The position numbers and the translations under genes are program-made. From Octopus vulgaris (Eukaryota), in assembly GCA_951406725.2 (NCBI GenBank), contig OX597836.1, positions 13,516,001-13,580,000 of the forward strand: a DNA stretch of 64,000 nucleotides, written 5' to 3'. Positions 16,579 to 31,051 of the stretch are shown in pieces. The notes beneath the pieces were generated by a model. It had not been told where the DNA came from. It saw only the letters and a list, made by a program, of their open reading frames with translations, and ran no database searches. Within the stretch, counting starts at the first letter, position 1. Each line of letters starts with the position of its first letter.

Positions 16579-16949
16579 CTAGCAGTATCGCCCGGCGTTG
16601 CTCGGGTTTGTAAGGGAAATAACTATAAAGCAGTTTTAGAGAGTTATAGCCAAAAAATGGAGAAAAAAATTATGGTAAATTTTTTTTAGTTAAAAAGGTC
16701 GAGTTGTGTCCCCTAGACAGTCTGTGGTTTGTGTTTCTGAATCTCGACCCCATGTCGAATTTATCGATTTTTTTCAGAACTGGGGGAACTTTTCAAAATT
16801 TTCGCTGCGTTAGTTTTGAATTATGACATTGGGCTATGTGTGTGTCAAGTTTCATCAGAATCGGTTGAAAGCCGTGGTCAGGGTGAGGGTACAACCTAAC
16901 AGACACACAGAAACGCACACAGACAAACTGCCGTTTATATATAGAGAGA
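16579..16949 (-). mobile_element. Non-autonomous Helitron
   Basis: Minus strand starts A|TC and ends CTAG|T, with a subterminal hairpin CCCG...CGGG and no TSD. A second copy starts at 63924. Confidence 0.85.
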
Positions 16950-17004
16950 TTCTACATGGATTATGCTTTTAAAAACATATTCTGAATTAATATTTGTCTA
17001 GAGA

Positions 17005-18400
17005 ACTATAAGAGAAAGTGGAGCAATTTGTCAAGCGAATGAGATGAAAAATCTGTTACTTCCAATCTGGTATCACTACAATAAGCGTAGAATACTAAAA
17101 TACCAGAACGAGACGAGGACCATTTTACACATAAAATTGGGACTCGGCAATGTTTGAAGTAGACCTTCGACGTTGATCCATTTATTTTCACTTCCGTAAG
17201 TACACCAACATATTTCAGAAGAAACTTTAAACCGATATCAAGAAATTTGAGACTACAACTAATACTTTTATGTTTTCTCTTAAAACAAATAACATATATG
17301 AAGTAGATTATACCAAACACAAACAGTTATTTAATAACATTTCTAAAAGCTATAGAAAACCATATACACACACAGCCACATAATATTGCCCAGAAAATAA
17401 AACGAGATTATAAATTAGGATGCCTACCTAAGCGAGAGGCATGTCTCGCAGTATAGGTCCATAAAAAAGACTTCACACTTCCATCGCCAGTCTTGGGTGC
17501 AGATGTAAACGCAACCAAAACAGAGGTAATAAAATATAAATATTTCTCAGTAAAATTAACAAGTATTTTTGGAAAGCATCCAAAGTGAAGGAGTGGAACA
17601 AAAGGAATGCAATAAATAACAAACCAACATTACATTATTAATTTTTATTCTCTGTACAGTAGGGCTCGGAGCTATGAAAATATAATAATATAGGTGACAG
17701 CTAAGTTCACGCCTGGGAAGGACCTACTCTTTGGTGGGTAGAAAAAAATCTCATCCAGCAAATAAATTCAACGTCGCTATGATTAAACACGATTTTTGGT
17801 TGTTATTTCTTGACGAAAAAAACAACTTCTGTGACGTCAACATACATACAGAATACACACACATATAATGAATGTCATGGCGCGTCAATCAACAGAAAAA
17901 CACGTCCACTGTGACATATACACACACATAGTCTTCACGCTCTCTAAGAAAAGAAAAACGTTGACTTGTTGTCATTGTGGTACTCCAGATATGAATAACA
18001 TTATTACATGCAAAGTAGAAAAACCAACAAAAGCAGGAGGTAAAGACATTGACATATGTTCGTTTATAAACAAAGGTTGCAATATCACGGTACTAGTACG
18101 GAATGTTCGATAACGTACGTTAAGTGGGAATGATAGAAAGCGAGTCCAAGCAACGATGTAGTAACCAAACAGCTTCATTCTGGCACACAATTGGAAGAAG
18201 AAAGCCACAGTTTTGTATGTCTATATATAACTCCTGAAAGAGGACAAATAAAATGGAAAATCCAAGGCAGAAGCAGATAAGGCATTGAATGTACAAGGCG
18301 ATGTCAGTTATGCACAGCGGAGAAGAATCCCGTATTAAACAATAGTAAAAGCTTATCAAACTATTTAGCGTAAGAGCAGATACTTTTGAGAGGTGTCTTC
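17005..18400 (+). pseudogene. Highly decayed Penelope-like element (RT N-terminal region and GIY-YIG remnants)
   Basis: EKVEQFVKRMR*K...FRKYTNIFQKKL*TDIKK near the start. Distal part has IKWKIQ...CQLCTAEK. Many stops and frameshifts. Confidence 0.6.
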
Positions 18401-18789
18401 ACTTAGGCAAATTTCTATTGAAATTCTGGAAACCCATTTCCCCACAGAACTAAAGTGTTGTGAGAAGTAATATGCCTGTTCACTGGCTTGTACTTTGGAT
18501 TCCATCCAAATTTCAGTGTAGCGATATTCGTTTTGTATTTACTAAATACATAACTTAATTAAAAAATTTTCATGTCTCACAGATATACGTAACAGAAAGC
18601 TCCCATCTTCCGTTTTTACTTTATGGTACGTAACTTCTGAGAAGTTAGTAAGCTTATTTGTTAAAGATTTTACGTATAGCTTTGCGATGGAATTTGTTAA
18701 AGATTTTACGTATAGCTTTGGCTATATAAAAGGTAGTCGGCACACGTAATTATTAACGAAGTTGTTAACACCAGTTAACGTTTCGAATA

Positions 18790-19006
18790 ATGGTGACAAC
18801 GACGACGACTACGACGACGCTGATGATGATGATGATAATGATAATGATGATGAGGAGGATGAGGATGATGATGATGACAACGATGATGATGACGATGACG
18901 TTGATGATGAGGGTGATGATGATGACGACGATGATGATGGTGATGATGATGCCTAAGGTGACGAGGATGATGGCGACACGAACGACAATGAAGATAAATA
19001 ATGAAT

Positions 19007-19060
<54 letters not shown>

Positions 19061-19095
19061 TTATTATTATTATTATTATTATTATCATTATTAAA
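18790..19095. repeat. Compound (GAT)n/(CTA)n/(TTA)n trinucleotide repeat
   Basis: Direct inspection. Confidence 0.95.
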
Positions 19096-19102
19096 TATAT
19101 TA

Positions 19103-19545
19103 AGGCGGCAAGCTGGCAGAATCGTTAGCACGTCAGACAAGATGCCTGGCAACATTTCGTTCGTCTTTACGTTTTGAGTCCAAAATCCGTCGAGGTCGAC
19201 TTAGCCTCTCATCCTTTCAGGATCGATAAAAATACGCACCAGTTGTGTACTGGTGTCGATGTAATCGACCATCCCCTCCCCCAAAATTTCTGGCCTTGTA
19301 CCTAAAGTAGAATGGGTTATTATTATTATAATTACGGCGGCGAACTGGCAGAATCGGTAAGAGTCCGAACAAAATGCTTAAAGGTAATTCATCCGTCATT
19401 ACGTTCTGAGTTCAAATTCCGCCGAGGTCGACTTCGTCTTTTATCCTTTCAATATCAATAAAATAAGTACCAGTTAAGCACTGAGGTCGATGTCATCGAC
19501 TTATTCCTGTCCCGCACCCGAAGCTGTACTAAAACTTGAAACCAA
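19103..19545 (+). mobile_element. Two tandem diverged SINE family A copies (19103-19318, 19336-19545)
   Basis: A-family head and central domain with a variant tail. Confidence 0.8.
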
Positions 19546-19951
19546 TAATATTATTATAACGATGACGAGGAGGGGAATGTACAAAGACAAAGAACTTAAG
19601 GAGGCGGCGAAAAGGGGAGCGAAGGGAAAGATCTCGATGGATTTATTAATATAAATGGCGTTCAAATTGCACCGTAGGTCATTAGTAATGATGTGTCAGG
19701 CAGACCATCCTCGGGTGTTTATAGATTTTAGTGCAAGTTCTACTAGTGTTGTTGCTGTGGCTGTTGTTATAGACTAATTAGTCATTTTGCAGCGAAGCTT
19801 GTAGTTGTATTAAGTTACTCTATATTCTCAGAGTTATAGCATATGTGTGTGCATGTATGTATATATACACATATATTCTTATACATCTATACACACACAC
19901 ATACACACACACACACACACACACATATTTATATATATATATATATATATG

Positions 19952-20066
<115 letters not shown>

Positions 20067-20091
20067 GTAGGTAGGTAGGTAGGTAGGTAGG

Positions 20092-20157
<66 letters not shown>

Positions 20158-20249
20158 TGCACGCAAATAATATGTAACAATATTAACTCACATCTAACAG
20201 CGTATTAAGGTACCGACATAGCCAGCCTTCCTACATGTGCATGCATCTT

Positions 20250-20400
20250 AAACTCATAATTACCAGTGATTGCAGGAGCACTAAGAATGATCAAAAGAGG
20301 AACTGAAAATTATTTGAGAATTGTCCCTGGCTACCATTCTTGCAAGAAGTGGCAAAAATTGCTTCAACAGTTACGTCACATGCATTGAGAAGATCATATT
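20250..20400 (+). pseudogene. C-terminal fragment of a restriction-like-endonuclease (RLE) LINE, R4/Dong-like
   Basis: PVIAGALRMIKRGTENYLRIVPG...LQEVAKI...HALRRS, followed by (TAT)n. Confidence 0.65.
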
Positions 20401-20412
20401 ATTATTATTATT

Positions 20413-20810
20413 ACTCTTTTACTCTTTTACTTGTTTCAGTCATTTGACTGCGGCCATGCTGGAGCACCACCTTTAGTCGAGCAAATCGACCCCGGGACTT
20501 ATTCTTTGTAAGCCCAGTACTTATTCTATCGGTCTCTTTTTGCCGAACCGCTAAGTTACGGGGACGTAAACACACCAGCATCGGTTGTCAAGCAATGCTA
20601 GAGGGACAAACACAGACACACAAACATATACACACACATACATATATATATACATATATACGACAGGCTTCTTTCAGTTTCCGTCTACCAAATCCACTCA
20701 CAAGGCTTTGGTCGGCCCGAGGCTATAGCAGAAGATACTTGCCCAAGATACCACGCAGTGGGACTGAACCCGGAACCATGTGGTTGGTTAGCAAGCTACT
20801 TACCACACAG
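20413..20810 (-). mobile_element. SINE family B
   Basis: Homology to other B copies. Confidence 0.9.
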
Positions 20811-20892
<82 letters not shown>

Positions 20893-21164
20893 TTTAAAAA
20901 GGATTGACGTAACTCTTCACAAAGGTAAACAGTCAAGACGAAGAGCGCGATTCGATTGTAAGATATTTTATTGGTTGAAGGATATATCAACAGTAAGTCT
21001 GTCTTTGTCAAGTTCAAAATAAGAAGTGATAAAAATTCAAAATTACAGAAATGTAAACGCAAAGTATGAACGAGAGCAATCAGCGTCCACACGTTGATGG
21101 AATGACATCATCAGTTTTTAAGTTACAATTTTATAACAGGCGTTATTATTATCATTATCAGACG

Positions 21165-21830
21165 TTCTCGAGGAAACTCTAAACGCCAACGAAAAGGAAC
21201 TGGTTAGTCCGTTCGGGTGGACTTTCCGGTCGGGAACTATCATGGATAATTTCCAGATGTCCTTGGATTAGCAGTGTTCCGGGTGGAGGGCGCCACCAGT
21301 TCGAGATAAACTCTACAGGCAGGAATGTGTTGTCAGACGGACTTGTCCGAGGTGCGCGCCGAGAGATGGAACCGTTCTGCACGCACTCGTTCAGTGTCCG
21401 AGCATTGCTGACTTGTGGGGTTATGTCGAACAGCTGTTGTTACGTGTGACACGGATCCGTCTATCGGCCAAGTCTGTAATGATGATTGCCCCGCCACCCT
21501 CCTTCAATCGGGCAGAGAAGGCAGTTTTCTTTTACCTAGTGGCTGTGGCGAAAGAGGTTGTTTTGGTGGACAAGGCTGAAAGGCATGAGGACAAATACAT
21601 TCCTCTTTGGAAGAGCTCTCATTGTCTTCTTTAAGTTTCACTTGAAAATGAAATTGAGAGCGGAGAGGGAAGTGCTTTCCTCGATTGAGTTTATTGAAAG
21701 GTGGGTGAAAGTTGCGAAAAGGGCAAGAATGGATGGTACCTCTCTAAAGTGTAGACTTGTGAGTCGGAGAGAAGGAATTGCAGATGGTACTTGCTCTTGG
21801 TGTTCAGGGACTAAACATTGTTAATAAAAT
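21165..21830 (+). pseudogene. 3' end of L1/Tx1-clade LINE ORF2 (zf-RVT region)
   Basis: PVRDKLYRQ...CPRC...TVLHALVQCPSIADLWGYVE...WTRLKG...FIERW, with AATAAA at the end. Confidence 0.78.
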
Positions 21831-21867
21831 CCATATTCCTTTTTACAAATTCATTGAAATACATGAT

Positions 21868-22198
21868 TTTTTTTAAAGACTCCGCCGGTTACGACGACGA
21901 GGGTCCCAGCTGATACGATCAACGGAACAGCTTGCTCGTGAAATTAACGTGCAAATGGCTGAGCATTCCACAGACACATGTACCTTTAACGTAGTTCTCG
22001 GGGATAATCAGCGTGACACAGAGAGTGACAAGGCTGACCCTTTGAAATACAGGTACAACTCATTTTTGCCAGCTGAGTGGACTGAAGCAACGTGAAATAA
22101 AGTGTCTTGCTCAAGGACACAACGCGTCGCCGGGAATCGAACTCACAACCTTACGATCATGAGCCGAATGCCCTAACCACTAAGCCACGCGCCCTCAC
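21868..22198 (-). mobile_element. Hybrid SINE with a C-like head/core and a D-like 3' half, with TSD
   Basis: TSD GAAATACATGAT at 21856-21867 and 22199-22210. Confidence 0.88.
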
Positions 22199-22254
22199 GA
22201 AATACATGATACATATTCTTTGTTACATGAGAAAATGAAAATAAAATCTTCATA

Positions 22255-22475
22255 TTATAATGTAAGTACCGACGGCGTTTACACATTTCCTCAAACGGCC
22301 AGAGACGGAATGAGCGAACTCCTGAAGGACGTGGCCTGGGATATTATGGAGGACCTCCCGAATCCGTGTATCCAAGTCCTCCAGTGTGCGAGGGTTTGTC
22401 TTGTACACCTCCTCTTTTATCTAACCCCACATGTAAAAATCACGTAGTATAAGATCTGGACTGCTTGGAGGGTGG
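22255..22475 (-). pseudogene. Tc1/mariner-superfamily transposase C-terminal remnant
   Basis: PPSSPDLILRDFYMWG*IKEEVYKTNPRTLEDLDTRI. Confidence 0.75.
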
Positions 22476-22704
22476 GGTTCCTCGATTACACCTAGAGGTC
22501 CTCCTGTACTAGGAGAACCACATCTCTATCATCCTCTCCTCTTTTTTAAAACATTTCTATACTATTTAGATGTCACTTCTTTTTCAGTGTATACCGTGCA
22601 TACTCAACATTATTCTTATCATTTCATTATATGTAAATCCCACCAAAATTTATGACTGTCTTCGCATTGTCCTCCCCATCCTTCGTTCTTGTAGCAAATA
22701 AATG

Positions 22705-22948
22705 AAATCATTCTTCTTCATCTTCTTCTTCTTCTTCTTCTTCTTCTTCTTCTTCTTCTTCTTCTTCTTCTTCTTCTCCTTCTTCTTCTCCTCCTCCTTC
22801 CCCTCCATCTTCTTCTTCTTCTTCTTCTTCTTCTTCTTCTTCTTCTTCTTCTTCTTCTTCTTCTCCTCCTTCTTCTCCTCCTCCTCCTCCTCCTCCATCT
22901 CCTTCTTCTTCTTCAATTCTTCTTCTTCTCATTATTATTATTATTATT

Positions 22949-22988
<40 letters not shown>

Positions 22989-23034
22989 ATATTAATATTA
23001 TTATCATCATCATCATCATCATCATCATCGTCAG

Positions 23035-23073
<39 letters not shown>

Positions 23074-23105
23074 TATTATTATTATTATTATTATTAATAA
23101 TAATA
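22705..23105. repeat. (TTC)n/(CAT)n/(TTA)n compound repeat
   Basis: Direct inspection. Confidence 0.95.
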
Positions 23106-23106
23106 T

Positions 23107-23400
23107 TGGGGGTAAGTATCATAACCACGTGTTGAGAGGAATTCTTCGGGGTTTTAATAATTCACCCCTGCAAAGATGGGTGCTTCGTTCATCATCGCCA
23201 TGCAACCCGGACTCTTTGAGCAGGATAGGCTACTCGACCTGTAGGAAACTCTAACTGGGCCCCACCTGCAAGGTCATGTGCTGTTTATCTTGATATGAGA
23301 TCACCATGTCGCGCACATATGGTTGTGATGCATGTGTTTGATGTACTTTTATCAGAAGGGGTAGTCATGAGGATTAATATTAGGCATCGTATATTTCAGG
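23107..23400 (+). mobile_element. Partial copy of interspersed repeat E
   Basis: Reverse-complement homology to 25272-25810. Confidence 0.8.
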
Positions 23401-23436
23401 TCTTGTGCCTCTAGTAGAAAGGATTATTAACAATGG

Positions 23437-24099
23437 TAGGAGTGGCTGTGTGGTAATTAGCTTGCTAGGGGAGGCGGCGAGCTGGCAGAAACGTTAGCAC
23501 GCCGGACGAAATGTGTAGCCGTATTTCGTCTGCCGTTACGTTCTGAGTTCAAATTCCGCCGAGGTCGACTTTGCCTTTCATCCTTTCGGGGTCGATAAAC
23601 TAAGTACCAGTTACGCACTGGGGTCGATGTAATCGACTTAATCTCCTTGTCTGTCCTCTCTGTGTTTAGCCCCTTGTGGGTAGTAAAGAAATAGGTAATT
23701 AGCTTGCTTACCAACCACATGGTTCCGGGTTCAGTCCCACTGCGTGGCATCTTGGGCAAGTGGCTTCTGCTATAGCCTCGGGCCGACCAAAGCCTTCTGA
23801 GTGGATTTGGTAGACGGAAACTGAAAGAAGCCTGTCGTATATATGTATATATATATGTATGTATGTGTGTGTATATGTGTCTGTGCCTGTATTTGCCCCC
23901 CCCCCCCCATCCCACATCGCCTGACAACCGAGGCTGGTGTGTTTACGTCCCCGTAACTTAGCAGTTTGGCAAAAAAGACCGATAGAATAAGTACTACGCT
24001 TAGAAAGAATAAGTCCTGGGGTCGATCTGTTCGACTAAAGGTGCTGGTGCTCCAGCATGTCCACAGTCAAATGACTGAAACAAGTAAAAGAGTAAAAGA
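23437..24099 (+). mobile_element. SINE B containing a nested SINE A (23467-23693)
   Basis: 15-bp TSD GGTAATTAGCTTGCT at 23452-23466 and 23694-23708. Confidence 0.92.
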
Positions 24100-24403
24100 A
24101 TGGTTCGTGTTATTAGCCATAGGGTCATGAATGGGGGGAATACTAAAGAAATATCCATTTGTGGTGTTTAGAAAAAATATTTAGAAAAAAAAAATACAAA
24201 CAATGAATAAGGGAGTTAACTCTCATAAGATCTGCTGAACGAAATTTTTAACTATAGTAACAGCAATTATATCCAGTTCAATTAGCAACCTCACGGCTTA
24301 GTGTTCGATTCTATTGTGCGGCACCAAAAGGCTAATTTCCTTCACAATTGCTTAGAGATGACCAATACATTGTAAGTGGTATCTGATAGAAACTACAAGA
24401 GTG

Positions 24404-24475
<72 letters not shown>

Positions 24476-24590
24476 GTTGTTGTTGTTGCTGTTATTGATA
24501 TTATTGCACCTGTCCTTATCGCTATTGTTTGCAATTGTTGCTACCGTTGTTCTTGCTACAGTTATTGTAGTGGCTGCTGCAATAATAACA

Positions 24591-24715
<125 letters not shown>

Positions 24716-24754
24716 CGTTGTTGTTGTTGTTGTTGTTGTTGTTGTTATTATTAC

Positions 24755-25105
24755 TTTACTCCTCAGAGCTCTCGGTTGCTTCTGTGAAAAGCAAGCAACA
24801 ACCTGTTGTCAAAAGTCTAACGGGGTCTTTTATCGTAGATTATAAACTTTGGATGTTAACTTATCTTGGAAGACGTTCGCTCAGTCTCAAAATCCCTACT
24901 GTCCCCAGCAGAGAGGTTTTCTGAGCTTGCTCTGCCATGATGTCAATTCCAATTTCTCCGACGTATTTTTCGAACCTGGTTGTTAGTGCTCCGGATAGCC
25001 CTACTGGGATAACAGTTACTCTCCTCATTGCCCACATCCTTCCAATTTCATCTTCTAGTAGGCTCTATTTTTTTCCTCTTTTCCACCTCATTGTCATCTA
25101 CGCGT
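24755..25105 (-). pseudogene. 3' end of an RLE-type (R4/Dong-like) LINE
   Basis: KYSLLEDEIGRMWAMRRVTVIPVG...KYVGEIGI...QKTSLLGTVGILR, then a 3' UTR running into (TAA)n. Confidence 0.72.
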
Positions 25106-25204
25106 GCAATATTATTATTATTATTATTGAGTGAGAGAGCAGTTCATGCCATCATGACTACCCGTCTGATAAGGGTACACCAGGCACTATTATTATTATT
25201 ATTA

Positions 25205-25250
<46 letters not shown>

Positions 25251-25271
25251 CATTATTATTATTATTATTAT

Positions 25272-25810
25272 TGAGTGAGAGAGCAGTGCATGTCATCAAA
25301 GTTACACTGGGGTACAGATATACGAAGCCCAGTATACCCATCATGACTACCCGTCTGATAAGGGTACACCAGGCACATGCATCACAACCATATGTGCGTG
25401 ACATGGTGATCTCATATCAAGATAAACAGCACATGACCTTGCAGGTGGGGCCCAGTTAGAATTTTCTTCAGGTCGAGTAGCCCATCCCGCTTAAAAGGCC
25501 CCTGAATAAGGATTGTTTAAGGATGTTGGACGAAACATCCATGTGTCCAAAGGTGAATTATCCAAACCCCAAAGAATTCCTTTCGACACACGACTATGAT
25601 GCTCCTCCACTACTTCTGCTCGTGATCAGAGATGCACATATCGTCAGCCACTAAGGGACATGCTCAACTGGTTAAGGTCAAATAACTGACAAGCAAATCT
25701 GTGGTATTGAGCAGAATATTTGCTGTAGCCCATCTTTTATACCAAGACAAAACAATGTACGTGATAACACTTCCAATCAGTTAAGATCAGAAGCCATGAG
25801 ACCCACTGCC
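25272..25810 (-). mobile_element. Unclassified 540-bp interspersed repeat E embedded in (ATT)n
   Basis: Copies at 23107-23400 and 25129-25187. Orientation is assumed. Confidence 0.75.
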
Positions 25811-25811
25811 A

Positions 25812-26467
<656 letters not shown>

Positions 26468-26853
26468 ATAATTGCTTTTTTTTCTGGTGATGGGTTTGTT
26501 GCAGCAGAAGTCACAGTCGCAGCAACGGCTGCTGGTATTCTTGTTGTTGCCGTTGTAATTGTTACCATTGTAGAAGTTGTTCTCACTGCTACAGCTCTTG
26601 TTGGAGTAGCAGTAGTAGTAGTAGCAGCAGCAACAGCAGTACTAGCAGTTGTTGTTAGGGTCATTGTATTTATTGTTAATGGTGTAGTAGTTGTTGCTGC
26701 TGCTGATGCTGTGGTAGCAGTACTTGCGTTCTCGATGACGCTGTCATCGCCGCTGTTGAGGTGATGGTGGTGGTGGTTGTATGTATCTGTATATATGTAT
26801 ATAATACATATATACACATATATATATATACACATACATATATATATATATAC

Positions 26854-26898
<45 letters not shown>

Positions 26899-26901
26899 TA
26901 C

Positions 26902-27081
<180 letters not shown>

Positions 27082-27114
27082 GTATGTATGTATGTGCGTG
27101 TATGTATTTACACT

Positions 27115-27156
<42 letters not shown>

Positions 27157-27773
27157 AGTATGTGTATATGTATGTGTGTATGTTTATATACATATATACA
27201 TATATAAATATGCACACATACATATATACACACACTCATAAACATGCATATGCACGCACATGCACGCACACACACACACACACATACACACGCACACACG
27301 CACGCGCACACAACACACACACACACACACACACATGATGTTTCGGGTGACACGCAGCAAATCTTTCCCACCGGGTTGAATTTCGCTTATGGAAGTGACT
27401 TCAAATCTAATATCACAGGAGCGGTGGTGGTGGTGGTGGGGAGGAGGAGGAGGAGGAGCGAAGAGGAAGGTGGGGCTGGTATTGGGGGAGAGGGCGACGT
27501 TCGGCGTCAGAATGTGGGGTGGCAGAATGACGGGTAGCAGAGGCCGGTGGCAGGAGAGTCTGAAGAAGATGACGTGTGTAGTGGAGGGGGGGGGGGTGAA
27601 GGACATGGCGAAAGGGGATGAGGAGGAGGAGGAGTATGCGGGTGTAGGGAAAAATTTGCTGTTATGTTAAGAGAGATATTACCCCTTGGATTATGTATGC
27701 TTGCGCATGCGTCAGTGAGTGAACGTATATACGTACAATATGCGTGTGTGTCTATACATATATATATATATAA

Positions 27774-27859
<86 letters not shown>

Positions 27860-27985
27860 ATATATTTATATTTATATATGTATATGTGTGCGTATATATA
27901 TGTATGGGTGTGTGTGCGCGCGCGTGTATATATGTATGTTTGTATGTATGTATGTATATATGTATGTATATATGTATATATATAC

Positions 27986-28020
<35 letters not shown>

Positions 28021-28443
28021 CATATATACATACACATATATACATATATATATATACATACATATATTCATATATTCATATATATATACATGCACACGCT
28101 CACACAAACACACCGACCTGTGTTTGTAAGTTTGTATGTATGGATGGATGTAGGGGAGGTGGGCAGGTAAGTGTATATAACAACAATTAAAGCTGACATT
28201 TTAGCGCCATTTTAATTGCTGCTATTATTATTAACCCTATGTATTGAGTAGCTTTCCCCTACATATACGCATATAGATAGAAACATACACATATATAATA
28301 TGAATTTCGAAACTTCGAGAGAGAGTGAAATAATTTTTTCTTTTTTTTCATTTTTAGTATGATGGTATTCGAAGCAGATTAAGATATAGATGAGAGGGCG
28401 TGTATATTGGCTTCTATCGAAAGCGTCCTTTTCACTCTCTTAC

Positions 28444-28667
28444 TCTCTCTCTTTTACTCTTTTACTTGTTTCAGTCATTTGACCGTGGCCATGTTGGAGC
28501 ACCGCCTTTAGTCGAGCAAATCGACACCCAGAACTTATTCTTTGTAAGCCTAGTACTTATTCTATCGGTCACTTTTGCCGAACCCTTAGGTTACGGGGGC
28601 GTAAACACCCCAGCATCGGTTGTCAGGCGATGTTGGGGGGACACAGACACACAAACATACACACAAA

Positions 28668-28737
<70 letters not shown>

Positions 28738-29071
28738 AAGTTAATCCAAACATGAAAACACAAAGAGAAAACACAACAACGCGAGGACGTGGAACAAGTA
28801 TAGTATTATTGGACGCTCAGGAAGGAAGGGAAGAAGGAGGGTTTAACGTTTCGAGCGGAGCTCTTTGTTGGAAACACGCGGTCACATTTTGAATGACCGG
28901 AAGGAAATATATATGACGGGCTTCTTTCAGTTTCCGTCTACCAAATCCACTCACAAGGCTTTGGTCAGCCCGAGGCCATAGTAGAAGACACTTGTCCAAG
29001 ATGCCACGCAGTGGGATTGAACTCAGAACCATGTGGCTGGTAAGCAAGCTACTTACCACACAGCCACTCCT
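28444..29071 (-). mobile_element. SINE B with a PLE pLTR-like fragment (28738-28905) inserted in its internal microsatellite
   Basis: B tail at 28444 and B head at 29071. The insert is homologous to 51764-51975. Confidence 0.85.
28841..28875 (-). ncRNA. Degenerate minimal hammerhead motif
   Basis: GTTT-CCAACAA-A-GAGC tcc GCTC-GAAA-CG-TT-AAAC. The core is mutated here and reads CCGACGA in the 51865 copy. Confidence 0.55.
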
Positions 29072-29082
29072 ATGACTATATC

Positions 29083-29450
29083 TTTTTATCTTTTATCTTT
29101 TGCCTGTTCCGGGCATTAGACCCCGGTCATGCTGGGGCACCGCCTTGAAGAATTTTTAGTCGAATTAATCGACCCTAGTATTTAGATTTTGTTAAACCTG
29201 GTACGTAAGCACAACACCGGTGGTCAAGCGGTGGAACGGGACAAAAACACACATACACACACACACACACGCACGCACACACATACATTTGTGCATCGGA
29301 CTTCTTTCAGTTTCCGTCCACCATATCCACTCACAAGAGTTTGATCATTCCAATGCTTTAGCAGAAGATGCTTGTTTAAGGTCCCATGCAGTGGGACTGC
29401 ACCCGGAACTGTGTAGTTTGGAAGCAAACTTCTTACTAAACAACCTGCAC
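29083..29450 (-). mobile_element. Older diverged SINE B
   Basis: Recognisable B tail and core. Confidence 0.7.
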
Positions 29451-29503
29451 TTGTTTCTATTTATCTATCTATCTATCTATCTATCAATTCATCTATCTAT
29501 CAT

Positions 29504-29726
<223 letters not shown>

Positions 29727-30613
29727 GACACACATTCACGGTATAAATCTCTGAAGAATTTTCAACAATATATGTATTTCAGCAATGATGGTTATTGTTC
29801 GTTGATGTTCTTTGGGGGAAGTTTTTTTTTTTTGTTTTTAATCCTGAATAGTGTATCAAGTGGTGAAATCTGAAGGTTATAAATGGTATTGTTATTATTT
29901 TTAAGTTGGTGAGACTCACTTTAGGTCAAGCATAGGTTAACTCTTGGCATATATTATACGAGCTCTGTATTCGCTTATATGTGTATGTGTACGGATGCAT
30001 TCATTATATACGTATGTATATATATATATATATATATACATATGTGTATGTATGTCTGCGTATACTTGCTCGCACACACACATACACAGACACATACATA
30101 CATATATACAGACAAATAAACGTTTATACATACGCGCACGTAGAACCACGTGCCTATATACATACACGCATACATGCAAATATGGACGCGTACACACTTG
30201 CACACACTCACATATATACATACACTTATACAAACATTTAGTGTACACACTAACGTACATGCAACGGATATGTAAAAGTTATGAATATATAATTATCTAA
30301 ATACCTTAACAGCGCAATTCTATAAATATATGACTTTAAAATCACTTAAGTATTTTATAACTATATAAATACATAAAAATTATTGTAAAATTTGTTAAAA
30401 ATTATTTCTAACATTCACAGGTTTTATTACGCAAACAGACGTAAACTTTAGAAGCATATAATGTAAATATAAGTTGTATGATAACTGTGTAACTACAGAT
30501 ATAGATTAAGGTGTAAGAAATCGGTTTAATTGACGAACCAGAGCAAAATGCACTTAAATGCGTGCTAATACGTGCAGTTTCACGTTTACTTATGATTACA
30601 ATCTAACTAATGT

Positions 30614-30679
<66 letters not shown>

Positions 30680-30756
30680 GCATATATAACAAAAGTAGCA
30701 TAATGCACACAGTTTACCTAGTTTTGATATATTTTCAATGAAAGAGTATTGTGGTT

Positions 30757-30787
30757 GTCGACCGGTTTCGTTTTCGCTAATCATAAC
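30757..30787 (-). ncRNA. Degenerate hammerhead motif downstream of a PLE endonuclease
   Basis: GTT-ATGATTA-GCGAAAAC-GAAA-CCGG-TC-GAC, at the position expected for a pLTR. Confidence 0.4.
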
Positions 30788-31051
30788 ATTGAAATTATTG
30801 TAATTTCGTATTTTCTTAAGAAGATTTTAGTCCATGTTCTTCTATGAAAGTTTGTGAATGAATCAACAAGTAAAAAATCTAAGGCGGGCTAATTGGTGAT
30901 AGTTATTACTCGGGACAGGGGAGGTAATTGCTCATTTTGGGGATGGGATAAATTAACATACAAAGTCTCATAAACTAAAGTAGTGAGATGAAATACGTAA
31001 ACTGGTGGATATATGATCATGAATTAAAATATATATAGAGACCAAAGTTGG

